From a virus (lineage: Duplodnaviria; Caudoviricetes), in IMG/VR virus record IMGVR_UViG_3300031949_001696: 64,000 bases of DNA; one strand, 5' to 3'. A model generated the notes under the pieces. It did no database searches. It had not been told where the DNA came from and was given only the letters and a program-made list of their open reading frames with translations. This document shows, piece after piece, positions 1-11,633 of the stretch; position 1 is the first letter of the stretch, and each line of letters opens with the position of its first letter. Position numbers and translations under genes: made by a program.

Positions 1-947
1 GAGAAGAAAGAGCCGCGCTCGAAATGACACTGACCTGGGAACCCATGACGATGGCCGCGTGCGACGGTGCACACGCGCCGCCGATCTGCGGCGCTATGTG
101 CCGCGCCGTACGCAGCCCCTTCGAACTTGCGCGTCTCTTCTTGAAAGGGCTTGAGCTTTCAACAGCGAGAAGCGAGAACGGCCTCGTCGAATGGGTGAAT
201 CAGTGCGCGGATCACCTCGCGCGGGGTGACGACGGTAACTACTGGTGCCATGAACTTGGATATCCCAGGAAGGCGCCGTTGTCGTGACCACCGAGACTGT
301 GTCGACGGCAGACGATGAGGATCCACCGCCGAAGAAGCCGCCGAAGTTCTGCCCCTGGTGCGGCGCGGAGGTCGCCAAGCGCTGGGTACCGAGCAAGATT
401 CGATCTCTTCACGACAGGATCGGCGCGCGCGTCGCATACGTCTGCTTCGCGTGCAAGATCGGCGTGCGCGCGTTCGCGTTCCCGTCGCGGCCTCTGTCCA
501 CGACCAAGAAAGCCGCGCGCACGGAGGCGCAGCGCGATTACGACGAGCTGGAAGCGAGCGGGTTCTCCGACAAGTATTCGCGCGAGCAGTACGCGAAGGG
601 GAAGTGTTCGTGCTCGCGGCCGTATCGGCAACCGTACGGAGTGTCGGTCCCGTGCCCGATCCACAACCCACTGCGAGAGAAACGCGCATGAACGAGGACG
701 AGATCCACTGGTGCTGCAAGAGCTGCGGGCGTCCCGTGATCGATCGCGATCCGTACGCTCTCGATCGTCGCATCTCGCCGTTCGCGACGATCGGCGACCT
801 CATGGGTGGGGCACCCGTGCCGTCCGTCTGGCGCTTGCTCGCACGTCGCCGATGGATCCAGCGCCTGGAAGAGCGGATCGCGCGAGAGCTGCGAAGGCAT
901 CGCGACTTCGAGATCGAAATCGGTATCCACCAAGAGGAGCACGTGGC

Positions 948-1217
948 ATGAGCATCGAGTCGATCCTGGCGTTCAAGCTGCGTGTGCCGTGCGTCGAATG
1001 TGCCGATGCCGTCGAGTCGCCGCTGCCGATCGAGCGCGACCCCTTCGCGCGGCTCTTGGCCAAGAAGGGCTGGTACTTGTCCGTCTTGACCGAGCCAGGG
1101 CAGGGCGCAAACGTGCCCATCGTGTTCGGCGCGCTCTGCCCACGCTGCGCGAAGCGGGTCTATCCGCCCGAGGTGCTGAAGGCCGCGGAAGAAGCGCGGG
1201 AGCGGCTGCTGTCGTGA
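948..1217 (+). CDS. Zinc-binding hypothetical protein, paralog of 9026..9349
   Basis: CVEC...ESPLPI...GW...ALCPRCA...YPPEV; ATG overlaps the upstream stop. Confidence 0.7.
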   Translation: MSIESILAFKLRVPCVECADAVESPLPIERDPFARLLAKKGWYLSVLTEPGQGANVPIVFGALCPRCAKRVYPPEVLKAAEEARERLLS

Positions 1218-3867
1218 GCGGCGAGATCTCTTGCGGGGCGGGTATCGAACTACCCAGTTCCGTCGTGGCGCGAGTCCAGCTACAACGAGGAGACCTGTCA
1301 TAACCGCAGCGCAACTGTTTTTGATGTCCAAGGAGCCCCAATTGAGTGAAGTGTCGACGCAAGAGGAATCAGATCAGCGCGCTCAAGAGGCATGGGCAAC
1401 CGTGCCTGCTGACCTCGAACGACTAGCCGAACAATGTTGCGACGAGTACCACGGCGAGATCGGGACATTTCAAAACTTCTCCGACGATCGCCGTCGCTGG
1501 CGTGAGTTCGCGAAGTTTATTTGGGGACTCGGTGCTCGGCCGCACCTCGAAGGCTAGGCAGGGGTGACTCGATGAGCGCAGATCCCGACGTGCTTGGACA
1601 ACTCGTGCGCGCCACGTTCGCCGATCAGTGGTGGTACTCGCCGCAGATGCCCATCGACGAGGTGCTGATTCGCGCTCGCACGCGGCTTCGGCATGATCAT
1701 GAGGAGAAGTGTAGCGTCGTCGTGGAGAACTTACGTCAGCTGCGCGCCGATCGCGGCTTCACGCTTTCTGAGTCGCGCGCGATCCTCGTCGCCGACGAGG
1801 CACTCGGCGTCTCCTACGACGCCCGCCTATCTTCCGGCCACGTGCTCGGTATCGAGGAGCGCGAGGCGTGGGTAAAGCTCGTCGAGTTAGCACAGGTGCG
1901 CGTCACCGCGCACGCACGTCTAGCCCAGCCCACGAGGCCGATGATCAACGGCCGGGCACACTGCATGATGGGACCGCCAGGTTACCGCTGTTCATGTGGC
2001 ACTACGTTTGATGACTATTACGGCTTGGCAGAACATGTGCGGCGGACGATCGATTGTCCACGCTGCGGCGCGTCACCTGCCGACCTGGGTGACGGCGAGG
2101 GCTGCCGCTGGACGTGCGGTCACTGGATCGCCGCGCGCGATCCATTGGCGACGCTGCGCGGTGGAGACTCGGCGTGATGCGAAAGCTACGCTTGGTCCCG
2201 CGTCCCGCCGTCCTCGAACTCGGCGGCCTCTCCTTGGATCCGGGGTTCTCGGGGAGCGTGACGGCTCTCGCCCCTGGTAAGATGCGCGTGGTCGAGGCCC
2301 GCATCGCGGCCGATTTTCAGCATTCCAGTGTCGGGCAGTGGGTGCGTCGTCGGGTTCCCGGCGCGCGGCGACTCCTCGGCGGCTACGACGCTTACCAGCG
2401 CAAGCACGCGACTGCGCGAGCCCGCATCGATTACGTCTCCGTTGACTCGCAGAGCTGCCTGCCGGACTGCTGCGACGAGCTGCCGATCGCCATCAGAGGA
2501 CGCGAGATCTCGGTGAGCGTGACCAACACCGGAACGCGATCGCTCGTCGCGCGCGTTATCGTCGAGGTGGAGGGACCGTGGTGACTGAGCCGCGGAAACA
2601 AAAATGGGTCCGTGCGAAGTCGATGGGCATCGGCCGGTACGTGCGTTGTCCGTACTGTCCCGATCTCCGCGAGATCGCTCTCAACGAGAGCATGCCCTGG
2701 TGCGCGTCGTGCGGCTGCGAGTACCGCATCACGCCGCTCGGCGCGACGTTCGATCCGGCGCTGAAGACACCACGCTACGCGTGGGGCAAGGCGCTCAACT
2801 TGTCCGGCGGCATGCGGATTGGAAAGGCAAGCAGATCGTGAGCCGGCCCCGTCACCTGACCCGCGCGGAGTTCTGCCGCGATCGCGATCGCGATCGTCCG
2901 ACGCGGCGCCTGCCAGGACGCGGCTGACGAAGGTCGCGCCCTACTACCACCCGAACGTCGATCGGCCGGTGAACGCATCCGGTTAGCGCCCAAGGAGTAA
3001 CTTGATGAAGAGCAAGTGTGAGATTCCAGCGATGACGCTGCCGCCGTGCGACCTCGAATGGGGCCACGACGGTGACATGCACGCCAACGGTGGCGATGGG
3101 TTCTACGCCGAGCAACATCTCGACGAGCATCGCCATCGACAAGACGAACGAGCACTCGAAGACGCGCGGGCTGCCGGCCGCGCCGACGCCATCGCAAGTT
3201 GCGAGGCCGTGGAACGTGCACATCAGCTCGTCGAGTTGACGGATTTACGCTCCGAGGTCGCGCGCCTTCGGTCGGAGAACGGTGAGCTGCGCGTAGCGCT
3301 TGAACAGATGAAGAAGGTGAAGTCACTCCTGGATTTCTGGCCACCACCGGCCGATCTACCCAGCGCCGAGGAGTCCGTCGGCATCTGGTACGAACTCGAA
3401 TGTGCGTTGGAAGGTAAGAACGGCTACGGCGGCGACGTCGCCGAGATCTACGCCTACCGGCTCCTGTCGGGAGGCGCCACGGCCATCCGCGATATGATGA
3501 CGACTCCGTCAACGGAAGAAGAGGCGCGCGTGGCCGAGATGCACGTGGCATGCGTGGCGGCGAAAAATCTGACGTGGCTCGTACGCCGCTTCGTCGAGCT
3601 GCACGCTGGAGTCGAGATCGGAATCGAGACCGATCCGCGGCAGTTCCACATGATCGATCCGCGCGCGGAGGAGTTCCCTCCGTTCTCGCATCGTGTACAT
3701 GTACGCGTGTCGCGCAGAGCCCAGGTCCGACGTGCACTCGCGGGTGAGCTGCGCGCTATGTGGGAAGGCGCGAAGGGCACACGCGCGATGCTGCCGGAGG
3801 CCGACTTCGCGCGGTGGTCTTTCGCGACCAAGGACTTGCTCGCCGTGCTCGACGACGAGACGAGTCT

Positions 3868-4167
3868 ATGAAGAAGCGCGCGTGCCTCGACTGCGGCAAG
3901 CCGATGATGAAGACGCAGGGCGACCACGCCTACGGCTACGATCACGGCAAGAAGATCCTGCTGCGCGGGATCACCATCCAGCGGTGCGCCTGCGGCTACT
4001 ACGAGGTCGAGATCCCGCGGATCGATCCGCTGCACGAGACCATCGCGGAAGCGCTGAACGTGCTGCGAGTCCCGCGCGAGAAGTTGAGCTTCTTCTTCGA
4101 GCGCGGTCCCAAGGGTGTCGAAGATGGCGCGTGGGGCGTGGCGCTTCATTCGGGCGGTGTGCCGTGA
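3868..4167 (+). CDS. MqsA/YgiT-type zinc-finger protein lacking the C-terminal HTH
   Basis: CLDCGKPM...ILLRGITIQRCACGYYEVEIPRIDPLHETIAEAL resembles the N-terminal Zn domain of MqsA-family antitoxins. No XRE HTH follows and no toxin is adjacent. Confidence 0.6.
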   Translation: MKKRACLDCGKPMMKTQGDHAYGYDHGKKILLRGITIQRCACGYYEVEIPRIDPLHETIAEALNVLRVPREKLSFFFERGPKGVEDGAWGVALHSGGVP

Positions 4168-4277
4168 CCCGCCGCAGCAGCGCCGGCAGCAAGGTCATCA
4201 AGATGAGCGTGAACTTCTCGGCGGATGTAGTGGAGGTTCTCAAGGGCAAGATCCTCGTCGAAGACAAGAGGGGATGA
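4164..4277 (+). pseudogene. Internally deleted paralog of the CopG/RHH gene at 36808..37020
   Basis: VIKMSVNFSADVVEVLK-GKILVEDKRG versus VIKMSVNLPTDAVKVLK...GKVLVEDKRG; DNA GTCATCAAGATGAGCGTGAA is shared. Confidence 0.7.
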
Positions 4278-4409
4278 GTCCGGCAACTGGTCTTCAGATA
4301 AACGAGTCGCGAGTGGGTGTCATGGCAACCGTTTGCTTAGGCCGTTTCCCCCGTCGTCACCGTAACGACGTCGGCATGCCCGGGAGTGATCCCGTCTGCC
4401 GGTACTGAC

Positions 4410-4445
4410 TTGACAGGTGTAGCCACAAAGTGGCACCGTCCGTCG
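4410..4445 (+). promoter_or_regulatory. Putative sigma70-type promoter of the RHH gene
   Basis: TTGACA at 4410-4415 in an intergenic gap ~30 bp upstream of GTG 4446; the -10 element is weak. Confidence 0.4.
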
Positions 4446-4604
4446 GTGGTCAAGAAAGACGTCACCGTACGAATGCGTGTAGCGGCTTCCGAGGCGAAGC
4501 GCTGGAAAGCGGCGGCGCGCCGGGCCAAGCGCTCGCTGAGCGATTGGATGCGGTTGATGCTGTCGGATGCTGCGGATCCACAAGAGGAGCAGCGGACGCC
4601 ATGA
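4446..4604 (+). CDS. Ribbon-helix-helix DNA-binding protein
   Basis: DVTVRMRV (beta) - AASEAKRWKAAARR - SLSDWMRLML; paralog of 19609..19794. Confidence 0.7.
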   Translation: MVKKDVTVRMRVAASEAKRWKAAARRAKRSLSDWMRLMLSDAADPQEEQRTP

Positions 4605-5369
4605 GCGATGGATCGACCGAGCCGACCGAGCCGACCGAGCCGACCAAGGCCGAGCAGCTACGCGACCTCGACGCGTACCTCGCCGAGTCGGGCTTCGTTC
4701 GCATCGGCCGCGTCGATGACGCTATCCGGCGCGCGCTCTTCCTCAAGGAGGAAGACGGCGCGTTCGAGCTGCGCGTGGGACGCGAAGGCGATGACAGCTG
4801 TGTTCGTGTGACGCGCGACAATCCGCAGTTCAAGGAGCTGAGCGAGGTGAGGGGGCGCGCGCGATACGCGGCAGAGTGGGAAGATCCGCGCTGCCTCGCG
4901 CTCGACTACGCAGTGCAGATCGCGGCGCTTCAAGCGGCCCTTCGCGAGACGCTCGACGCGATCGACAAGGGTTGCGACATGCAGTACGGCGACTGCATCG
5001 GGCCGATGTCGTCGGATCGCGCAGACGAGTTGCGGAGGCTCCTGTCGTGACCGACGACCTCGTTCGCCGCGGCCTCGACCTCGAACGGTTCGCGCAGGAC
5101 CTGCGCGTCGCGCACTGCGCGCGGGGCGCGGCAGATCATCCGTGCGTCGGCACCTGTACGATCACGCCGACCGGCGTCGAGCTTCAGTGCAAGATTTGCG
5201 GGAACGGCTCCGAGCCGATCGCACCGTCCGAGACGCTCGACGAGGTGAGGGTCGCCAAGGCCGTGCTCGCCGGGCTCGGCGTCGACTGGAGCACGCTCGC
5301 TCCGAGCGCGCAGCGCACGATCTACTCCATGGTGAAAGCGACCGACCTCGTGAGGCGCCGAGGGATGCC

Positions 5370-6008
5370 GTGAGCAAGAAGAAGAAGGAGGAGGCTGCTG
5401 TACGGGCAGCACTTGCTGCGGCAGCTCGCGCCGTGCTCCACGTCGAAGCCGTGGCGGCCGAGCCCGAGCGAACGCTACGCATGCAGGCACTCGACCGCAC
5501 CAAGGGCAAGCGCGTCGAGCGCGAGGAAGCGATCGCCATCCTCGCCGACTTCTACGAAGAGCGCGGTCAGTCGTCGCGCGCCGCACTGTGGCGCGAGCAA
5601 CTCTTGCCCAGTTCCGAGCGGCGGCGCCACGTGCTGGATGAAGTCCCCGATCTCCTGACGCGTCCGCATCTGCCACAAGCGGCCGATTGCCGCCGCAATC
5701 AGATGATTTGGTTACTCCGCACGCAGGGCTTGAGTTCTCGGAAGACCGCCGCCGCGTTCGGCCTTTCCTCGACGCGTGTGGAACAGATCGTCGCGGTCGA
5801 AGATCGCCGCATCGGGATGCACGCCAGGAACGAACAGCTGCGACCGACCTTGAAGGCCACCGAGCGGCTCGTGGCCGCCGACGCGCTTCCCGGCGATCGC
5901 CCGACGCGGTACGGCTACCAGGAGCCTTGGTTCGAACTCGGCGCCGAGCTGCCCCAGGACTGGCCGGCCGTCTGCGATCTTGAACGAGACAAGCGGCGCG
6001 GAAAATAG
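5370..6008 (+). CDS. Protein with a sigma-region-4-like HTH, paralog of 20534..21034
   Basis: RNQMIWLLRTQGLSSRKTAAAFGLSSTRVEQIV; shares ILADFYExxGQxSRAALWR with the paralog. Confidence 0.55.
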   Translation: MSKKKKEEAAVRAALAAAARAVLHVEAVAAEPERTLRMQALDRTKGKRVEREEAIAILADFYEERGQSSRAALWREQLLPSSERRRHVLDEVPDLLTRPHLPQAADCRRNQMIWLLRTQGLSSRKTAAAFGLSSTRVEQIVAVEDRRIGMHARNEQLRPTLKATERLVAADALPGDRPTRYGYQEPWFELGAELPQDWPAVCDLERDKRRGK

Positions 6009-6083
6009 GCGTGATGCAAATTCTCCACTTCACGCAATTGCTCAGGCATCTCGCTGATGTGCGGCAGCACCACAGCTGCACAT

Positions 6084-6640
6084 CTGTACGCGCCCGCCGA
6101 TCGTCCTCTGTACAGGGGGCCAAACCGGAGGTCTACACGGGAGAGATACACGCGCAGCCCGGCCGCTCGCTCACCTCCGAGACGTTACTCGTCGCTAGAC
6201 CTGTACATTTCCACCGATCGTCCTCTGTACAGGGGACAGAATGGGATACCGGTTTCGCATTCTGTCCCTTTCAGCAACACGCCTTCTCGCCTGTACAGGC
6301 GGAAACGTCAGCGTGTCGCAGCGGCTCGAAATGCAACCGATTCTCCCTGTACAGTGGGCAGATCGGGGGCTCTGTGCAGGCTGCACACCGAAAGTACCCA
6401 CGACAAGACCACTGTACAGGGGAGAAGAAGTCGGCTTTCGGCCTAGTTATTCCCCTCAGAGTTGAGCCGACTTGGCCTGTACAGAGGACAAATTGGGCTT
6501 CAGAAGCCCTGTTTTGTCCACGACAAGACCACTGTACAGGGGAGAAGAAGTCGGCTTTCGGCCTAGTTATTCCCCTCGGAGTTGAGCCGACTTGGCCTGT
6601 ACAGAGGACAAATTGGGCTTCAGAGGCCCTGTTTTGTTAC
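6084..6640. repeat. Origin-like non-coding region with CTGTACAG palindromes and a 120-bp tandem duplication
   Basis: Perfect CTGTACAG at 6108, 6225, 6291, 6347, 6412, 6477, 6532 and 6597. Units 6398-6517 and 6518-6637 differ at 2 positions. Near-perfect ~40-bp palindrome at ~6231-6270. GC is lower than in the flanks. Confidence 0.85.
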
Positions 6641-9025
6641 TCGACAAAAGCCGCCATTTTAGTGTCGCACGTGATTTCGAATCCTAGGAGGGGTGATGTC
6701 GGATAGCCTTCGCATCCCCGACGGCTGGTCGCTGGAGCCGATGAGCGGCAGGCGCGACGTCTCTGTCCTGACGGCGCCGCAGATCGGCGCCGCGACGATC
6801 GACTTCCGTCTGCGCGGCTTCCGCGGCGGAGCGTTTGTGCTCTCCGGCAAGTTCCTCGGCGAGAAGCTGACTCGGAGCGGCAACGTGCGAAAGCCGTACG
6901 AGGGCCGCGGCTGGAAGCAGACCCTCGTCGACGATGCGGCCGCGTGGCTCCAGGAGGTAGCGCGATGAAGCCTACGCAGATAGCTCGCGGAACCTGCGAG
7001 TGCTGCGGTGTCCCGGTCATCGGAGCACGCGCTGACGCGCGCGCGTGGGCGCACTGCGTCTGTGTCGGATGTCTTCCGCCGCCACCACGATTGCCGATCG
7101 TTTCGTTCGGCACGCGTCGAGGTGTCGCATGAAGCACACGTGCGCGACCAGTGGACGCTCCAGCTGTGAGCTGTGCCTGTTGCTCGAAGTCGACTTGTGG
7201 GACGCGATCAACCGCTACGCGATCGCCGTCGGTGGTGATCCGCGCAAGCACGTCCACGGCAACGTGCCACGCATGCAGGCCGTCGCCGACGTTGGCAAGA
7301 TCGTCGCGAAGGTGTCTTCCCAGCAGCAGATCGATGATCTCGTGGTGGAGGACCTCGTGAAGGGGAGTAACGCAGCGGCAGCGCGTGCCTGTGAGCTGCA
7401 AGCAGCTAACGAGACACTGAAACAAGAAAACGCGAGGCTCGTGGCAGATCTCAATCTCGCCGGGCCCGACAGTGCGTGCTGTCGAGCACGTCATCGGACC
7501 GAGGAAGAGCGGGACAAGCTTACCGCCGATGTCGGACGGCTACGCTCTGCCTTGCGCGAGGCGCGTGTATTTCTTCGCGGCGTCGCGCTCCGTCCCGAGC
7601 TGGGACAAGGGGCCAAGGACCTACTCGACGAGGCCGACGCGATCGATCGCGTGCTCAACGGGGAGAGCGTGCTCAACAGGGAGATGTGGTGAAAGAGCCC
7701 GAGATCAAGGTGGTCAAAGATCCTGCCGTCTCGGGTTATGCCCACGCGTACGTGCTGGTCAAGCCGTGGACGGTCTTCGTCGATCGCCAGCAGCTGCTCG
7801 ACAAGAGTGGTGGTCCTCGGCGCTTCTCGACGGAGCGCGCTGCGATGGCTGCGGCGAGGAGGTCGATCGCGTGAGCGAGACACGACAGAAGGAGATCGTG
7901 ACCTGGGTCGCGGTTCCCGATGATGGAGTGCCTGGCCACACGGTAACGTGGCACGCCACGCGTGAACCCGTTCGGCTCGACGGGTGGTCCAGCATTGTTT
8001 CGCCGACGATGATCTCGACGCTCTGTCGCGAGACGCTCGCCCGGCATCAGATCTCGCGGGCGTCGCAACTCTCGCCGGAAATCTACGCGAACGATCGTCG
8101 TTGTACGGGATGTGTCGTGCTCACCGTCGACGATTCCGACGACAAGAAGAAGCTCGCCACGCTGATCGTACAGATCGGCGACGACCGGCAGACCCTCATG
8201 GTCGATGTCATCCGGCAGACGCTCCGCATGTTCGCCGACGGCGCCGCGCAGCTCGTCGAGCACTACGAGCACGACGCGAGGGCGCGCGAGTGGGTCGACT
8301 TGGTCAAGCGCGCGGCGGCGGATCTGCGTGCCGCCGAAGCGCGCGTCCAGATCCAGCAGCTGACGCTGCACGGCGGGGTGCCGTCGTGACGACCAAGACG
8401 AGGAAGCTGACGACTCCCGAGTCCGCCGCCGCGCTCGGGTGCCGTCACGTCTGCCAGTGGTGTGCCCCGCACTTCCTTGCCAGGCTCGAAGGCCGATCGT
8501 CTGACCACACGCGGTGCGACGACTTCGAGTGCGGTTGCCACTGTCAAGATCGCACGAAGGTGAACTAGGAGGAGATGAGACGATGCTCGACCGAGAACAA
8601 GATCATGTCGCGGCCGGCTGGGACGGCGCGTTCCGCTGGATCGAAGCTGGCAACGTGCGCCTGGCGGAAGACGACAAGAGCGCCTTCGTGACGATCCAAG
8701 CGCGTCCCGATCCGACGCTCCTCTCGGAAGGATTCCCCTCGGAAGGAATTGCTTCGATGGCGATCGAGACGCGGCTGTCCGCCACCGAGCTCCTCGGACT
8801 GGTTCGCCATCTGGCGGCGTGGTTCGACGACGATCCGACCGACACGATCCAGCAGATCGAGACCTGTGCGACGTACGTCCAGACCGAGCTGGAGGCGTGG
8901 AACGCGCGCGCGCGGATCGACGAGGAGCACCCACCGTACGACAAGCTGACCAACGCGCTCGACACGCTGATCGGCAAGTGCCGCGACCTTCGCGAGGCCC
9001 TCGGCAAGTTCACCGAAGGCGAAAA

Positions 9026-9349
9026 GTGAGCGTGGCGCCCATGAATCCTGATCCGAACTCGGTTCCCGCGCCGATCGAACCCACGTTCGCGCTGCTCGTG
9101 ATGTGTGTCGAGTGCGGTCAGGGCATCGAGGCGCCGCTGCCGATCGACTACCGCTCGTTCGTGTATTTCTTGGCCACGCACGGCTGGTTCCCGGCCGCGC
9201 TGTCGCCGCCTGATCAGGGACCTGAAGTCCCGATCCTCTGCGCCGCGCTGTGTCCGAGCTGCGCGCAGCAGAAATATCCACCCGAGGTCTTTCAAGTCGC
9301 TGAGGAGCGTCGACAGAAGATGCTGCAAGGCATGCAGGAAGTGCGATGA
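9026..9349 (+). CDS. Zinc-binding hypothetical protein, paralog of 948..1217
   Basis: CVEC...EAPLPI...GW...ALCPSCA...YPPEV. Confidence 0.7.
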   Translation: MSVAPMNPDPNSVPAPIEPTFALLVMCVECGQGIEAPLPIDYRSFVYFLATHGWFPAALSPPDQGPEVPILCAALCPSCAQQKYPPEVFQVAEERRQKMLQGMQEVR

Positions 9350-11141
9350 GGAAGGGCGATGAGTAGCAACGAAGAAACTGCCGCGAGTCAAGTCGTCCAG
9401 CACCTGCGCGACGTATACGGGCCAACAATGCCGTACGACGGCTTGCCCGAGGGCACCACGGTTGGAACGACGTTTCAGTTCGCGGGACTCTCGATCGGCT
9501 ACAACCGCGAGCACCTGCTATTGCCCGACGAGGACAAGCTCGCCGACCTCCTGCGTGAAGCAGCGACCAAGTGCCGCTCGATCACGGAGGCCGAGAAGCG
9601 CGAGCACGCGGCCGAACTTGCCGACGAGCGCGAAGGCTAACGAGCATGGCTTTCACCAAGGAGCAGCCCAAGGTGGGCGCTACGATCATGCACTGCGGTC
9701 ACCTCGACCGCGGCGCGATGCACTGGTTTCAATACGAAAAGCCGATTGGTTTTTCGCGACCTGATCAGACCCGCGGGACGGCCGAGTGGTTCGCGGCGTG
9801 CGAGCCGTGCTTCATCAAGCACGGCAAGAAAGTCGCGAGCATCGTCCGTGGCGATGCCATCTGGACCGGCGGCGCGACCATCGAGAAAGAGGAGAGCTAG
9901 ATCATGCCCAGTGCCATCGACCAGCGGCGGCTACGCGACGGAGCGCACGCGCTCGACGTCTCTAGCCGGGTGCCCGTGACGATCGACGAAGCGCGCAGCC
10001 AGTTAGAGATCGTCCACGCAGGTCTCGCGGCGCTTCAATCTCTCGACGATCTGGGCGAAGAAGCGAACGCGCGCGCAGAGTGCGATCAGCAGGTGCTGTG
10101 GAAACGCTACGAGGAGCTGAAGAAGCATCTCAAGCGCCTCGAAGGGAAGGAGATCTCGTGAGCAGTGATCAAGAGCAGGGGCTGCGGATCCTCGACAACG
10201 CGCTGTGGCGCATCGCGCGCCGCGGCGACTGTGAATACTACGACGACGAGAAGAGCCGTCCCAAGCCGTGCGATTGCCCGCGGTGCGTGGCGACCGCCGC
10301 GCTCGAAGCCGCCAAGAACTGGCGCTTTCACGGCTCGCACCACGAGCGGGTGCAGAGTGGTAATTGGCCACGCGAGACCAAGATGCAGGCAGCGTGGATG
10401 AAGCTTGCCAGCGGGCACGGCCGCGATTCGGATCAGTTGCTCGCACAGATCCTCAAGGACGATCGCGTGCCGAGCGTGCGTGACTGGTACGTCGCGACGA
10501 GCGTCATCCAGTGGCTCGCCACCAACGTCGGGATGACCGTGCTCGAAGCCGCGGGCTTCAAGTACCAGCAGTGGGAGCAGGACATGGCCGACGGCCCATT
10601 GTTCAACCGCCGCCAGGAGCGCGAGGACAACGACAAGAAGCGCGCGGAGGCCAAGCCGTGACCGCCGCCTCCGATGATCGCGAGCTGCGCGACGACAAGG
10701 GCCAGCTCTGCGTGAAGCGCGGCACGAATTTCAAGTACCAGTACCTCTACGACGACCATCTACCGTGCCGCGTGGACCGGTCGACCACTGCCGGCGGCTG
10801 CTCCGCGTGCGGCGCGACGCTCTCGGAGGACCACGCCGCGCGGGGGGTTACCATGTGCGTAGTCTGCGTGGTGCGTACGCTGCGGGAGGCGCGATGACTT
10901 CGATCCTCGAACCGGATCCGCTGCCCGGCACCGTCGAACGTCTCGAACGCGCGCTGGTGGCGGCCTACACAGACGTCGAGGTCCTGACGGCCGATCGCGA
11001 TCGGCTGTCCAAGCTCTCTGACTCGATGTTCGAGAAGGGATACGACCAGGCGGTTCGCGAGATCCGCGATCACTTCAAGAAGCTGCGACAGCCCGACGTC
11101 GTGACCGAAGTCGAGAAGATCTGGCTCAAGGAGAAGCACGC

Positions 11142-11633
11142 ATGAATGACCGAACCCCCTTCCCGAAGTTCATGGACGATCGAACGCCCTACCCGAAGTA
11201 TCAGAGTTGTCCGTGCGGCTCCGGGCAGAAGTACAAGTTCTGCTGCTACACGAAGGGCTTTCACTACTATCTCGATGATGTCGACGAAGTATCTAGAGCC
11301 GTGCCGATGTCCAAAGAGACCAGTGAGCTGCTCGCCCAGCACCGTGCGAACGTCGAGAAGAAGCTCGGTCGTCCGGTGCGCCCCGACGACCCCGTCTTCC
11401 CCGAACTCGTGACTCTCAGTCCAGAGGACCTCAAGAAACAGATGATCGCTGATTTTCGGAAGGTTGGGATTCGTTCTGAGCTGATCTACGCCTTCGAGAA
11501 GACCGGCCTGATGGTGACCGATCAGAACAAACACCTCATCCCAGACATCGATCTCGCGGCGTGGAGCGCCGCTGTCGAGGAGTATTACGAGTATTACGAG
11601 CTGCATCCCGAAGACGATCCGAGGACCACGTGA
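11142..11633 (+). CDS. SEC-C motif protein
   Basis: CPCGSGQKYKFCC motif near the N-terminus. Confidence 0.8.
   Translation: MNDRTPFPKFMDDRTPYPKYQSCPCGSGQKYKFCCYTKGFHYYLDDVDEVSRAVPMSKETSELLAQHRANVEKKLGRPVRPDDPVFPELVTLSPEDLKKQMIADFRKVGIRSELIYAFEKTGLMVTDQNKHLIPDIDLAAWSAAVEEYYEYYELHPEDDPRTT

Noticed and set aside
6011-6706. 231-aa ORF over the repeat region
   Set aside because: Atypical composition, and its repeated peptide simply mirrors the 120-bp DNA duplication.
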